Notes under the pieces: model-generated | Told to the model about the DNA's origin: nothing | Seen by the model: the letters and a program-made list of their open reading frames with translations, nothing else | The model's database searches: none | Translations under genes and position numbers: made by a program | Shown: positions 9,401-17,377 of the stretch, piece after piece | How positions within the stretch are numbered: position 1 is the stretch's first letter | How the letters are laid out: every line of letters begins with the position of its first letter | DNA from: Cyanobacteria bacterium P01_A01_bin.123 | GTDB lineage: Bacteria > Cyanobacteriota > Cyanobacteriia > Phormidesmidales > Phormidesmidaceae | Length of the DNA stretch: 30,668 nt | Reading direction: 5' to 3' | NCBI GenBank assembly: GCA_039815185.1 | Contig: JBCBZT010000071.1 | Coordinates: 1-30,668, forward strand

Positions 9401-10891
9401 CAAGCTGAGCAGGGATTAGTAACTGGGCGGATACCCCTCACCCCGATTCAATACCAGTTCTTTGAACAAAATTTAGCTGACTCGCATCGTTGGAATCAGG
9501 AAATTTTGCTGGAGTTCGAACCAGCCCTCGATCCAGCTTTGTTGGAGCAAGCACTACAGCAACTGTTGAGGCATCATGACGCCCTGCGACTAAATTTCAT
9601 CCAAGGAGATTTCGGCTGGCGGCAGATCAACGCTAGTCCTGATGAAATTGCACCATTGATGAGCTTAGATTTGACTGAACTTTCAGCAGATGAACAAGAG
9701 TCAGCAATTGCAGCGACTGCCGCTGAACTGTGCGCCAGTCTTAACCTAGCAACAGGTCCACTTCTAAGCGTTGCTTGCTTTGACAAGGGAATTGAGGGGT
9801 CGACCTACCTGTTGTTGATTATTCATTGCTTAGTGGCAGATTCTGTCTCCTGGGAAATACTGCTTGAGGACTTACAGATAGCCTATCAACAGCTCAGCCA
9901 TGGTCAAACCGTTCAATTTTCGCCCAAAACAACTTCGTTCAAACAATGGTCTGAATATCTGCAAGCATATGCGAAGTCAGCTCAGTTATCGTCAGAGCTA
10001 GATTACTGGCTTTCCCTTTCACGGCAACCGGTTGCTAGTTTACCAGTCGATTATCCTGAAGGCTCCAATAGCGAGGCGTCCATTCGCACGATATCTGTTT
10101 CTCTAACTGAGCATGAGACTTGCACTCTGCTCCAGGATGTTCCTACTGCTTATAGAACCGAGACCCAAGAGGCGTTGCTTATGGCCCTGGTTCAGACTTT
10201 AACGACGTGGTCAGGAGAGCGATCGCTCTTGGTGAACATTGAAAAACAAGGACGAATCAGAATTGAGCATACAGACATTGACTTGTCTCGTACTATTGGT
10301 CAATTCACCACGATCTTTCCAGTCAGGGTGGAACTAAAGAACGAGTCTTCTCTAGGAGAGACGCTCAAAGCCATAAAAGAGCAACTGCGGAGTATTCCCA
10401 ACGGAGGGTTCGGCTATGGTGTGTTGCGTTTCCTTGGCGATGATCAGGAAATTGCTGCGCAGTTGCAGGAACTTCAGTCAGAAGTAAGTTTTTGTTATCT
10501 AGGAGACGTGGCTCAAACTTTACCGGAGTCTTCAATTTCTCCACAACGTACAGAAGGGAAAACGGTACAAGATCAGTCCTTATTCTTGAAATCTGTTCAA
10601 GAACTGAAGACTTCTATTGGCAATCCACAAGCTGCTCGACCTTATTTACTGGAAATCATTGGGTCTCTAACCGGAGGTCAATTGCAAGTGAACTGGAGAT
10701 ATAACGAAAATTTACTCCATGGCTCCACGGTCAAAGATTTATCAAAACAGTTTATAGAAAAGCTGAGATCGCTTATCAGCTCCTCTCAGTCTCCCGAGAC
10801 TGAGAGCTATACCCCTTCCGACTTTAGCGCCGCCAAGATGAGTCAAAAAGACTTGTCCAAGTTACTTTCCCAAATTAATAGACCCCGCTAG
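6401..10891 (+). CDS. Type I PKS hybrid module: KS-AT(malonyl)-carrier domain-degenerate epimerization domain
   Basis: KS with QSGCSTSL, HGTGT, GHLDT; AT with GHSIG and HAFH (malonyl type); carrier FFELGGDSV; E-like domain with IHCLVADSVSW, RTIGQFTT, IPNGGFGYG. No KR/DH/ER recognised. Confidence 0.93.
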   Translation: MEELDYTDKVAIIGMAGRFPRAKNLEEFWRNLRDGVESVSFFSDQELEASGVNPALLKNPNYVKAGVVFEDKELFDAAFFGYSPRQAAIIDPQQRLFLECAWNALESAGYNSQTFAGRISVYGGAGINSYLFFNLASNSELLHAVGFTQIRHSNRQDNLATRIAYKLNLKGSAFTIQSGCSTSLVAVHLACQSLLDHECHMALAGGVRIGSLEKTGYLYQVGDVASPDGHCCAFDSRAQGFIGGDGVGVVVLKRLEDAIADRDTIHAVIQGSAVNNDGSDKVGYTAPSINGQAAVIAEALAIGRSNAETISYVEAHGTGTVLGDPIEIAALTEAFRATTDKKGFCAIGSVKTNIGHLDTAAGIAGLIKTVLALKHKQIPPSLHFETPNPKIDFANSPFYVNAKLSDWKANGISRRAGVSSFGIGGTNAHVILEEALALGHSNPSRPWQLLILSAKTSSALETATANLVQYFQTYPDLSLADATYTLQIGRQAFDYRRMVVVQDLNDAVQVLESLEPQKVYSRFCKSANRQVVFMFPGQGTQYVNMGRELYQTEPFFREQVERCCELLKSHLGVDLRTILYPSEEHAEAAAQRLQQTNLTQPALFVIEYALAQLWMTWGVRPQAMIGHSIGEYVAACLSGVFSLEAALPLVAARGRLMQQLPSGKMLAVPLSEQELEPLLGENISLAAHNAPESCVVSGSTEAIDEFQERLSKQGVECRSLHTSHAFHSQMMDSILEPFKQQVSQASLNPPKIPFVSNLTGDWITPSEATDPSYWAMHLRKTVRFSEGIAELLQEPGRVLLEVGPGRTLSTLTRKQKGDEEVVVCSLRHPQDQSSDAPFLLNTLGKLWLEGVRVDWLGFYTNEQRYRIPLPTYPFERKRYWVDPLESMSGIAAPPEINFLDHILEEQTSAGTTNIQHSLGNDYVAPRNDIEQKIADIWQEVLGLQQVGVYENFFELGGDSVVSVQVIALANQAGLKLTPALIFEHPTIVDLAAVAQTILTVQAEQGLVTGRIPLTPIQYQFFEQNLADSHRWNQEILLEFEPALDPALLEQALQQLLRHHDALRLNFIQGDFGWRQINASPDEIAPLMSLDLTELSADEQESAIAATAAELCASLNLATGPLLSVACFDKGIEGSTYLLLIIHCLVADSVSWEILLEDLQIAYQQLSHGQTVQFSPKTTSFKQWSEYLQAYAKSAQLSSELDYWLSLSRQPVASLPVDYPEGSNSEASIRTISVSLTEHETCTLLQDVPTAYRTETQEALLMALVQTLTTWSGERSLLVNIEKQGRIRIEHTDIDLSRTIGQFTTIFPVRVELKNESSLGETLKAIKEQLRSIPNGGFGYGVLRFLGDDQEIAAQLQELQSEVSFCYLGDVAQTLPESSISPQRTEGKTVQDQSLFLKSVQELKTSIGNPQAARPYLLEIIGSLTGGQLQVNWRYNENLLHGSTVKDLSKQFIEKLRSLISSSQSPETESYTPSDFSAAKMSQKDLSKLLSQINRPR

Positions 10892-10954
10892 TTGTTTGTG
10901 TTTAGTTATTAGTTAACAACTGATATTATTCCTTAACTCAACTCCTCTAAAGTT

Positions 10955-11076
10955 GGGAGCATGTCAGTTTTGCGGCCAAGTATTTATACTCATTGCCAAA
11001 AGCCCTGATTCATAGGCTCTCCAGCTATCGGCATTTTTGTCTCCAATGTATGCATCTACAAAGGTGACATGCTCCC
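10955..11076. mobile_element. MITE (122 bp) with terminal inverted repeats and 9-bp target-site duplication
   Basis: Perfect 12-bp TIR GGGAGCATGTCA (10955-10966) / TGACATGCTCCC (11065-11076), 16/18 when extended; direct repeat TCTAAAGTT at 10946-10954 and 11077-11085; no ORF. Confidence 0.9.
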
Positions 11077-11134
11077 TCTAAAGTTTCTATACACCAGCTA
11101 ATAAAAGTTGGAATCAAACCAATAACTAAAGATA

Positions 11135-14100
11135 ATGGAACTCAACAACATTCAAGATATATACGACCTTTCACCTGTGCAGCAGGGAATGCTGTTCCAT
11201 ACACTGTGTGCCCCTCAATCAGGGGTATATTTACAACAATTTTCCTGGACTTTGAAAGGGAGTATTGATGCTTCAAATTTGGAACAGGCTTGGCGGCAAG
11301 TTATCGATCGACATCCCATTTTGCGTACGGCTTTCTATTGGGAAAATCTCGAGAAGCCTTACCAAGTCGTATACGAGCAAGTAAAACTTCCTTGGGAAGA
11401 ACGAGACTGGCGTCAGCTATCTCAACCGCTACAAAAAGAGCATTTAGAAACTTTTCTGAAAGTCGACCAAGCGCAGGATTTTGACCTTTCTAAAGCGCCG
11501 CTGATGCGTTTCGCTTTGATGCGTCTCGCTGAGGATACATACCAAATTATCTGGAGTTATCACCACCTACTGCTAGATGGATGGTCTTTACCCTTGGTTT
11601 TCAAGGAAGTGCTAACTTTTTACGAAGCACTTTGTCAAAATCAAGCCTTACATCTGAAACAGCCCCGTCCCTACCGCGACTATATTGACTGGCTTCAGCA
11701 TCAGGATTTGTCCCGTGCGGAGGCTTTCTGGCGGCGATCGCTTCAAGGTATCGCGGCCCCAACTTCTATTAGGATGGCTCAGGTTCTCTCTGGTTTGGAT
11801 AACCTGCCGGAAGACTACACGCAGCAGCAAATCCAGTTATCAGAATCAACCACATCAGCGCTAAAAACTTTGGCGCAACAGAATCACTTAACGCTCAACA
11901 CATTAGCGCAAGGCGCGTGGGCGCTTTTGCTAGCCTATTATAGCGGGGAAAGCAATGTAATTTTTGGCTCCACCTCTGCTGGACGCCCCGTAGATCTTGA
12001 AGGGGTGGAATCGATGGTGGGTTTGTTTATCAGCACTCTACCAGTGCGTGTTAAGGTGGACGGCCAAGATACTGTTCTAGACTGGCTAAAGAAGCTACAG
12101 GCGCAACAATTAGAAATGCGTCAATATGAGTACACTCCACTGGTGCAGATTCAGGCGTGGAGTGAATTTCCCAGGAATACCCCCTTATTTGAAAGTATTA
12201 TAGTTTTTGAAAATACGCCGACAGGCAAATTCTCTCAGGAAAAAAATAGCCATCTGCAGCTTCTGGATGCAAGTGTCTTTGAGAAGACTAACTACCCTTT
12301 AACCATTGGAATTAGTCCAGGTTTAGAGCTATCACTAGAAATTCTATATGACCGAAGCCGGTTTCATGATGCTGCAATTCGGGGAATATTAAAACACTTC
12401 CGGACTTTGTTAGAAGGTATAGCAGTCAATTGCGAACAGTGCCTTGAAGACTTATCGATCTTGACACCCCAAGAACGGCAGCAGTTGCTGTTAGATTGGA
12501 ATAGTACTCGAGCGGAGTATGTTAAAGATCAATGCATCCATAAGTTGTTTGAGGTACAGGCGGAAGCCACGCCAAACGCCATTGCCGTAGTTTGTGAAGG
12601 TAAACAGCTAACCTACAGAGAGCTGAACGTCCGCGCCAATCAATTAGCCCGTCATTTGCGAGCGTTAGGCGTAAAGCCAGAAGTTTTGATTGGTATTTGT
12701 GCAGGGAAATCCCTAGAGTTAATTGTGGGTGTAATGGGTGTTCTCAAATCAGGAGGAGCCTATTTACCTCTCGATCCAAATTACTCTAAAGAGCGCTTGG
12801 GTTTTGTGCTAGAAGATACTCAAGCCTCTATTTTGCTAACTCAACAGCAACTCATTGAGATGTTGCCCGATCATAAGGCGAAGATCATTTGCCTGGACAG
12901 AGATTGGGAGCAGATTTCCCAAGAGAGCGAGGATGATTTATTCAATGAAGCAACACCCGCCAACCTAGCTTATGGCATTTACACTTCCGGTTCTACCGGA
13001 AAGCCTAAAGGGGTAATGGTTGAGCATGGCAGTCTCACCAATGCTTATCTGGCTTGGGAAGAAGCTTATCAACTCAGCTCAGAAGCAACCTGCCACCTCC
13101 AGATGGCCAGTTTTTCCTTTGATGTTTTCGTGGGGGATTTAGTCCGGAGTCTCTGTTCTGGCGGCAAGCTGGTTTTGTGTCCCCATGAGCAACTGCTAGA
13201 GGCTGATAAACTTTATCAGCTGATGCGCCAAACGCATGTTGACTGTGCAGAATTTGTTCCGGCTGTTCTCAGGAATCTGATCCAGTATCTGGAGGAAAGT
13301 GGACAAAGTCTGGATTTTATGAGGCTGATTATCTGTGGTTCTGATAGTTGGTACGGCACAGAATACAGGAGATTCCAACACTTTTGCGGCACCAAAACAC
13401 GACTGATTAACTCCTTTGGCTTAACTGAAGCCACTATCGATAGTTCCTACTTTGAAGCTGCGGCAGTGAATTTATCGGTCGAGCAGCAGATACCGATTGG
13501 ACGTCCATTTGCTAACACACAGCTCTACATTCTAAATCCATCCTTGCAACTAGTCCCAATTGGGGCTCCGGGGGAACTCTACATTGGCGGCGCTGGTGTA
13601 GTTCGAGGCTACTGGAATCGACCTGAGTTGACTGCTGAGAAATTTATTCCAAATCTCTTTAGCACTGAATCTGGGGATCGCCTTTATAAAACGGGAGATC
13701 AAGCTTGCTGGCTCCCTGATGGGAACATTGAATTGCTTGGTCGAATTGACTATCAGGTGAAAATCCGAGGCTTCCGGATTGAACCAGGAGAAATTGAGGC
13801 AATTATCCAACAAAATCCACTAGTTCAAGAAGTTGTCGTTCAAGCCAGAGAAGATCATCCAGGCAATAAACAACTTGTTGCATACATTGTTCTTAATCCA
13901 CAGACTGAGACGGCAGAAATACACGGGTCAGAGGATGAATTAGCCTCTCAAGTAACAACACAACTGAAGGCCTTCCTGAAGGAAAAACTACCGGATTACA
14001 TGAGACCGTCACACTTTATTTTGCTGGACGCTTTGCCGTTGTTGCCAAATGGGAAGGTTGATCGTCGGGAACTACCAGAAGCCGATATTCTGAGACCCGC

Positions 14101-15823
14101 ATTAGAAACAGCGTTTGTTCCGCCTCGTACCCTAACTGAAGAATTGCTGGCAGGAATTTGGTCTAATGTCCTCGGGCTGAATCAAATTGGGGTCTATGAC
14201 AATTTCTTTGACCTAGGTGGACATTCTTTACTGGCAATGCGCCTGATTTCACAAGTGCGCAATACGTTTCAGGTAGAGTTATCTTTGCGTAACCTATTTG
14301 AATTGCCGACAGTGGCTGCTTTGAGCGATCGCATTGAAGAAGCTCGTCAAGACAAGCAGGGTTTGCCAATTGTGCCTCTAGTGCCTGTTTCACGAGAGCA
14401 AGCGCTAGAGTTGTCATTCGCGCAGGAACATATTTGGTTCCTGGAAGAACAGCTGGTACCTGAGCATTACTTCTATAACACGGCCTCAGTAAGTCGCTTC
14501 AAGGCTAACCTCAATTTAGGCGTTTTGGGACAAAGTCTTAATGAGATCTTGCAACGCCACGAAACCTTACGAACAAACTTTGCCGTTATCGATGGGAAAC
14601 CCATTCCAGTTATTGCCCAAACCCTCACTGTAAATGTGACGGTATTCGATCTGCAGAACTTTTCTAAAAATGAGCGGGAAGCTAAGGCAGTACAGATGAC
14701 TCGTGAAGAGGTTCGGCGACCCTTTAACTTAGCCAGCGGCTCCTTGCTGCGAGCTGCTGTACTACAGTTAGATGAGTCAGAGTATATTTTGATCATAACG
14801 ATACATCAAAGCGCCTTCGATGCTTGGTCTCGCAACATACTTTGGCAAGAACTAGGCATTCTTTATCAAGCTTTCTCTGCTGGGCAGCCATCGCCATTAA
14901 CTCCACTTTCTATTCAGTATGCAGATTTTGTTCATTGGCAGAAGCGATCTATCTCAGAAGAGAGGCTAGAAACTCATCTTTCATATTGGAAACAAAAATT
15001 AGCGGGTTCTCTTCCTGTACTCAATTTACCCACTGACTATCCTCGTCCACCTGTCAAGACTTTCCAAGGGGCGTCTCAGCATGTGGCCTTTCCCAAGAGC
15101 CTGACAGGAGCGCTTAGGGAACTAAGCCAGCAGGAGGAAGTGAGTATGTTTATGATGTACCTGGCAGCCTATCAAACATTACTCCATAGCTACACGGGGC
15201 AGGAAGATCTCCTGGTAGGCACATCTGCTGACAATCGCACTAGGCGAGAACTTGATGGTCTAATTGGGTGTTTCAACAACTATCTAGTACTGGGGATAAA
15301 TCTATCAGGCAATCCTAGCTTTCGTGAATTACTGAGTCGAGTTCGTCAGAACAGTATGGAAGTCTATGAATATCTAGACATGCCCTTCAGTAGGCTGGTT
15401 TCAGCTCTACAACTAGAATCAGATCTCAGCCGCACCCCATTAGTTCAAGCCATGCTTGTTTATAAGCAATTTTTAGATGTACCTAATGTAGAATCTATAG
15501 ATTTGGATTTCACCTTTTTGCCATTTAATTGTGATTGGGAGACGGCAAGGTGTGACCTAACGCTGACCCTAATGGATGTGGGGGGACAAGTTGCTGGTTC
15601 TTGGGAATATAGTACTGATTTATTCAAGGCTGAGACAATTAGCCGAATGTCTGGGCATTTCCAGAATTTGTTAGAAAAAATCGTTGCCGATCCAGATCAA
15701 CGTCTTTCAGACCTCAGGTGTGTAATCAAGACCTCAGTACGGGAGAAAAAGCTTGAAAAGAAGAGTGATGTAGGCTTTCATCAAAGCTACGACACCAATC
15801 AGAAACCCTATGAGCCAATATAG
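11135..15823 (+). CDS. NRPS: C (DCL-like) - A (Orn) - T - terminal atypical C domain; last ~30 codons are probably IS4-derived read-through
   Basis: IYDLSPVQQGMLFH start and WSYHHLLLDGWS; A code read by eye as DVGEIGSIDK (Orn-type); T FFDLGGHSL; final C domain with IHQSAFDAWS; no TE (GxSxG) seen. Confidence 0.92.
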   Translation: MELNNIQDIYDLSPVQQGMLFHTLCAPQSGVYLQQFSWTLKGSIDASNLEQAWRQVIDRHPILRTAFYWENLEKPYQVVYEQVKLPWEERDWRQLSQPLQKEHLETFLKVDQAQDFDLSKAPLMRFALMRLAEDTYQIIWSYHHLLLDGWSLPLVFKEVLTFYEALCQNQALHLKQPRPYRDYIDWLQHQDLSRAEAFWRRSLQGIAAPTSIRMAQVLSGLDNLPEDYTQQQIQLSESTTSALKTLAQQNHLTLNTLAQGAWALLLAYYSGESNVIFGSTSAGRPVDLEGVESMVGLFISTLPVRVKVDGQDTVLDWLKKLQAQQLEMRQYEYTPLVQIQAWSEFPRNTPLFESIIVFENTPTGKFSQEKNSHLQLLDASVFEKTNYPLTIGISPGLELSLEILYDRSRFHDAAIRGILKHFRTLLEGIAVNCEQCLEDLSILTPQERQQLLLDWNSTRAEYVKDQCIHKLFEVQAEATPNAIAVVCEGKQLTYRELNVRANQLARHLRALGVKPEVLIGICAGKSLELIVGVMGVLKSGGAYLPLDPNYSKERLGFVLEDTQASILLTQQQLIEMLPDHKAKIICLDRDWEQISQESEDDLFNEATPANLAYGIYTSGSTGKPKGVMVEHGSLTNAYLAWEEAYQLSSEATCHLQMASFSFDVFVGDLVRSLCSGGKLVLCPHEQLLEADKLYQLMRQTHVDCAEFVPAVLRNLIQYLEESGQSLDFMRLIICGSDSWYGTEYRRFQHFCGTKTRLINSFGLTEATIDSSYFEAAAVNLSVEQQIPIGRPFANTQLYILNPSLQLVPIGAPGELYIGGAGVVRGYWNRPELTAEKFIPNLFSTESGDRLYKTGDQACWLPDGNIELLGRIDYQVKIRGFRIEPGEIEAIIQQNPLVQEVVVQAREDHPGNKQLVAYIVLNPQTETAEIHGSEDELASQVTTQLKAFLKEKLPDYMRPSHFILLDALPLLPNGKVDRRELPEADILRPALETAFVPPRTLTEELLAGIWSNVLGLNQIGVYDNFFDLGGHSLLAMRLISQVRNTFQVELSLRNLFELPTVAALSDRIEEARQDKQGLPIVPLVPVSREQALELSFAQEHIWFLEEQLVPEHYFYNTASVSRFKANLNLGVLGQSLNEILQRHETLRTNFAVIDGKPIPVIAQTLTVNVTVFDLQNFSKNEREAKAVQMTREEVRRPFNLASGSLLRAAVLQLDESEYILIITIHQSAFDAWSRNILWQELGILYQAFSAGQPSPLTPLSIQYADFVHWQKRSISEERLETHLSYWKQKLAGSLPVLNLPTDYPRPPVKTFQGASQHVAFPKSLTGALRELSQQEEVSMFMMYLAAYQTLLHSYTGQEDLLVGTSADNRTRRELDGLIGCFNNYLVLGINLSGNPSFRELLSRVRQNSMEVYEYLDMPFSRLVSALQLESDLSRTPLVQAMLVYKQFLDVPNVESIDLDFTFLPFNCDWETARCDLTLTLMDVGGQVAGSWEYSTDLFKAETISRMSGHFQNLLEKIVADPDQRLSDLRCVIKTSVREKKLEKKSDVGFHQSYDTNQKPYEPI

Positions 15824-16134
15824 CGAATTAAAGAAGAATCTCCAAAACCATCTCAATTGGCACGGAGCCAGACTCTCATTCTTAGCTCTATTCTTGCTCG
15901 CCCTCATCAAAGTCAAGACTGTCAGCTTGGTTGAAATCTCGCTAGGCTTTGGCGGCTTGGCTCTGCCCGAATCAAGCTATAAGCGACTGCAGCGATTTTT
16001 TGGCAGCTTTGAGCTTGACTATGCCGAGATCGCCCAAACGGTTGTCAATTGGATGCAGATTCCATCGCTCTGGGTGCTAAGCCTAGATCGAACGACTTGG
16101 GAGTTTGGGGTAAACTGCTACAACATCCTGACGT
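15733..16134 (+). mobile_element. IS4-family element remnant (left end plus transposase 5' part)
   Basis: CTCAGTACGGGAGAAAAA at 15733-15750 resembles the terminus of cyanobacterial IS4 elements as I recall them; transposase ATG follows at 15810. Confidence 0.7.
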
Positions 16135-16172
16135 TAGCTCGACTTTATCCATTAAGCCACATAACACAGTAA
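15810..16172 (+). pseudogene. Truncated IS4-family transposase
   Basis: LNWHGARLSFLALFLLAL...SSYKRLQRFF...LSLDRTTWEFG...NILTL is a typical cyanobacterial IS4 N-terminus; similarity stops at ~16134, before most of the DDE domain. Confidence 0.85.
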
Positions 16173-16304
16173 GTCAGCCCAAGTGTTGAAGAGATTGCGA
16201 GGCACTTTAATCAGCTCCAAGTCTGAGTCTGATGTTTGAAAAGTCTGCCAAAGCCAAAGCCGTTGCCGTACCAAGGCTAGCGCATCTGCAAAATGCAAAA
16301 TCGC
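16135..16304 (-). mobile_element. IS701-like element remnant: transposase C-terminus and right end (not in ORF track)
   Basis: Minus-strand frame 16304>16152 reads AILHFADALALVRQRLWLWQTFQTSDSDLELIKVPRNLFNTWADLLCYVA*, like IS701-type C-termini (FSDALALVR...LCYAA*); TGGATAAAGTCGAGCTA follows the stop directly and is a plausible terminal repeat. Confidence 0.65.
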
Positions 16305-16460
16305 ACTTACTGGTAGGCACCTCGATTAATAGCCTTTTTAGGAGCAGTGAGACTCACCTGAGATCGTCGAGCCATGTTGAGACCACCCGAGTTTTCTGCA
16401 AGCGTCTCCATCCTGAGAAAAGGTCTTGATTGAGCTCACGATTACCGTTGCAAGGGCTGA

Positions 16461-17069
16461 TTATGCTGCGACCTTAGCGGTGGCTGCCGGATATTGCTGG
16501 GCCAGTTCAGCTTGGCGGATGGGAAGGTTTTTTTGAAGGCCGCCTGAGCCTCCGGGTCGCCCTGACGATGGCGAGACCGGGGCACTTGTAAGGACTGCTC
16601 TAAGCGCTTCAGGTAATCCCATCCCCGTTGGGGCCAGACCTTCTCCATCCCAGTCAGTTCAGCGATGACGCGAGCAACTTTGGGGCCATTCCAGAGACCG
16701 CCATCAGCGGGCGGGAGTGCCAAGCGAGCCTTCAGTTGGTCCAGTTGCGCTGTGGTCAGGAGACTGCGGCGTTGGTGAGGTCGTTTGGCTTTGCGACGAT
16801 TCCGCAGACCTGCGGCCCCATCACGGTTGTAGTCAGCCACAATCGTGCGGGCATAGTCATAGTTCAACCCGACCACTCGGGCAGCATCCGTTAAGGTCGC
16901 TTGCGCCGACACCAACCAGAGCAAATGCCAACGGCGCGATTCCACTGGCTCTGTGCTCGCTCGATAGCGAGTCTTCAACTCGGCAGACGAATAATGGGGT
17001 TCCAGATGCAGGTTTCTAGGCATAGTCCCAGCCTAGTTCATTTCAGGGGTATATGGCTCGGATTCAGTA
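16461..17069 (-). mobile_element. IS630-family remnant: HTH ORF-A (17023 start), A7 frameshift site, DDE ORF-B missing
   Basis: ESRRWHLLWL...GGLWNGPKVA...RGWDYLKRL...QAAFKK is IS630 ORF-A; A7 run at 16528-16534; the -1 frame reads NLPIRQAELAQQYPAATAKVAA* and stops at 16461; terminus CGGATTCAG|TA at ~17059-17069. Confidence 0.85.
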
Positions 17070-17213
17070 TGAGACCGTATAGCGGTAGCTGCAAAGCATC
17101 GAAAAGATTTGCTGTGTCTGTGGATGTCAACCATGAGACTCTAGCATCTACGAGCCGGATCAGTAAGGTTGCCTTCTGCCGTAAGCCTCGCCTTAGTCAA
17201 CAAAGCAAAATTT

Positions 17214-17235
17214 ATTGGGGTAAAGTTGGGGTAAC
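17214..17235. repeat. Two tandem 11-mers (ATTGGGGTAAA GTTGGGGTAAC), candidate integrase arm-type sites
   Basis: Reverse complement GTTACCCCAAC matches the GATACCCAAAC repeat upstream of the integrase at 9/11, with the same 11-bp period. Confidence 0.5.
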
Positions 17236-17377
17236 TGTTTTAGAAAAGGGCCCAAATTCCTATGGAGCAAAGTTTCTCTCTCAGCCTTCCAAGCTAATGC
17301 TGGCAGAAGAATCTGTGAACTGCAACATTAGAGCCGTAGGCCATTAATTGTGAGTCTCTAACGGCCATGGCCGAAGC

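Noticed and set aside
128..15036. Many short ORFs nested in or antisense to the NRPS/PKS genes
   Set aside because: Shadow frames of long, motif-rich genes with no recognisable features.
14400..15715. Terminal C domain as a heterocyclization (Cy) or X domain
   Set aside because: Has neither DxxxxD nor HRxxxDD, and no Cys/Ser/Thr module or P450 is visible.
16232..16429. 65-aa plus-strand ORF
   Set aside because: Overlaps the minus-strand IS701-like fragment; no motifs.
16901..17347. 148-aa plus-strand ORF
   Set aside because: Crosses the IS630 terminus into non-coding DNA, so a chance frame.
17362..17373. 12-bp palindrome CGGCCATGGCCG after the integrase stop
   Set aside because: No loop or U-tract and a single copy; no function can be supported.
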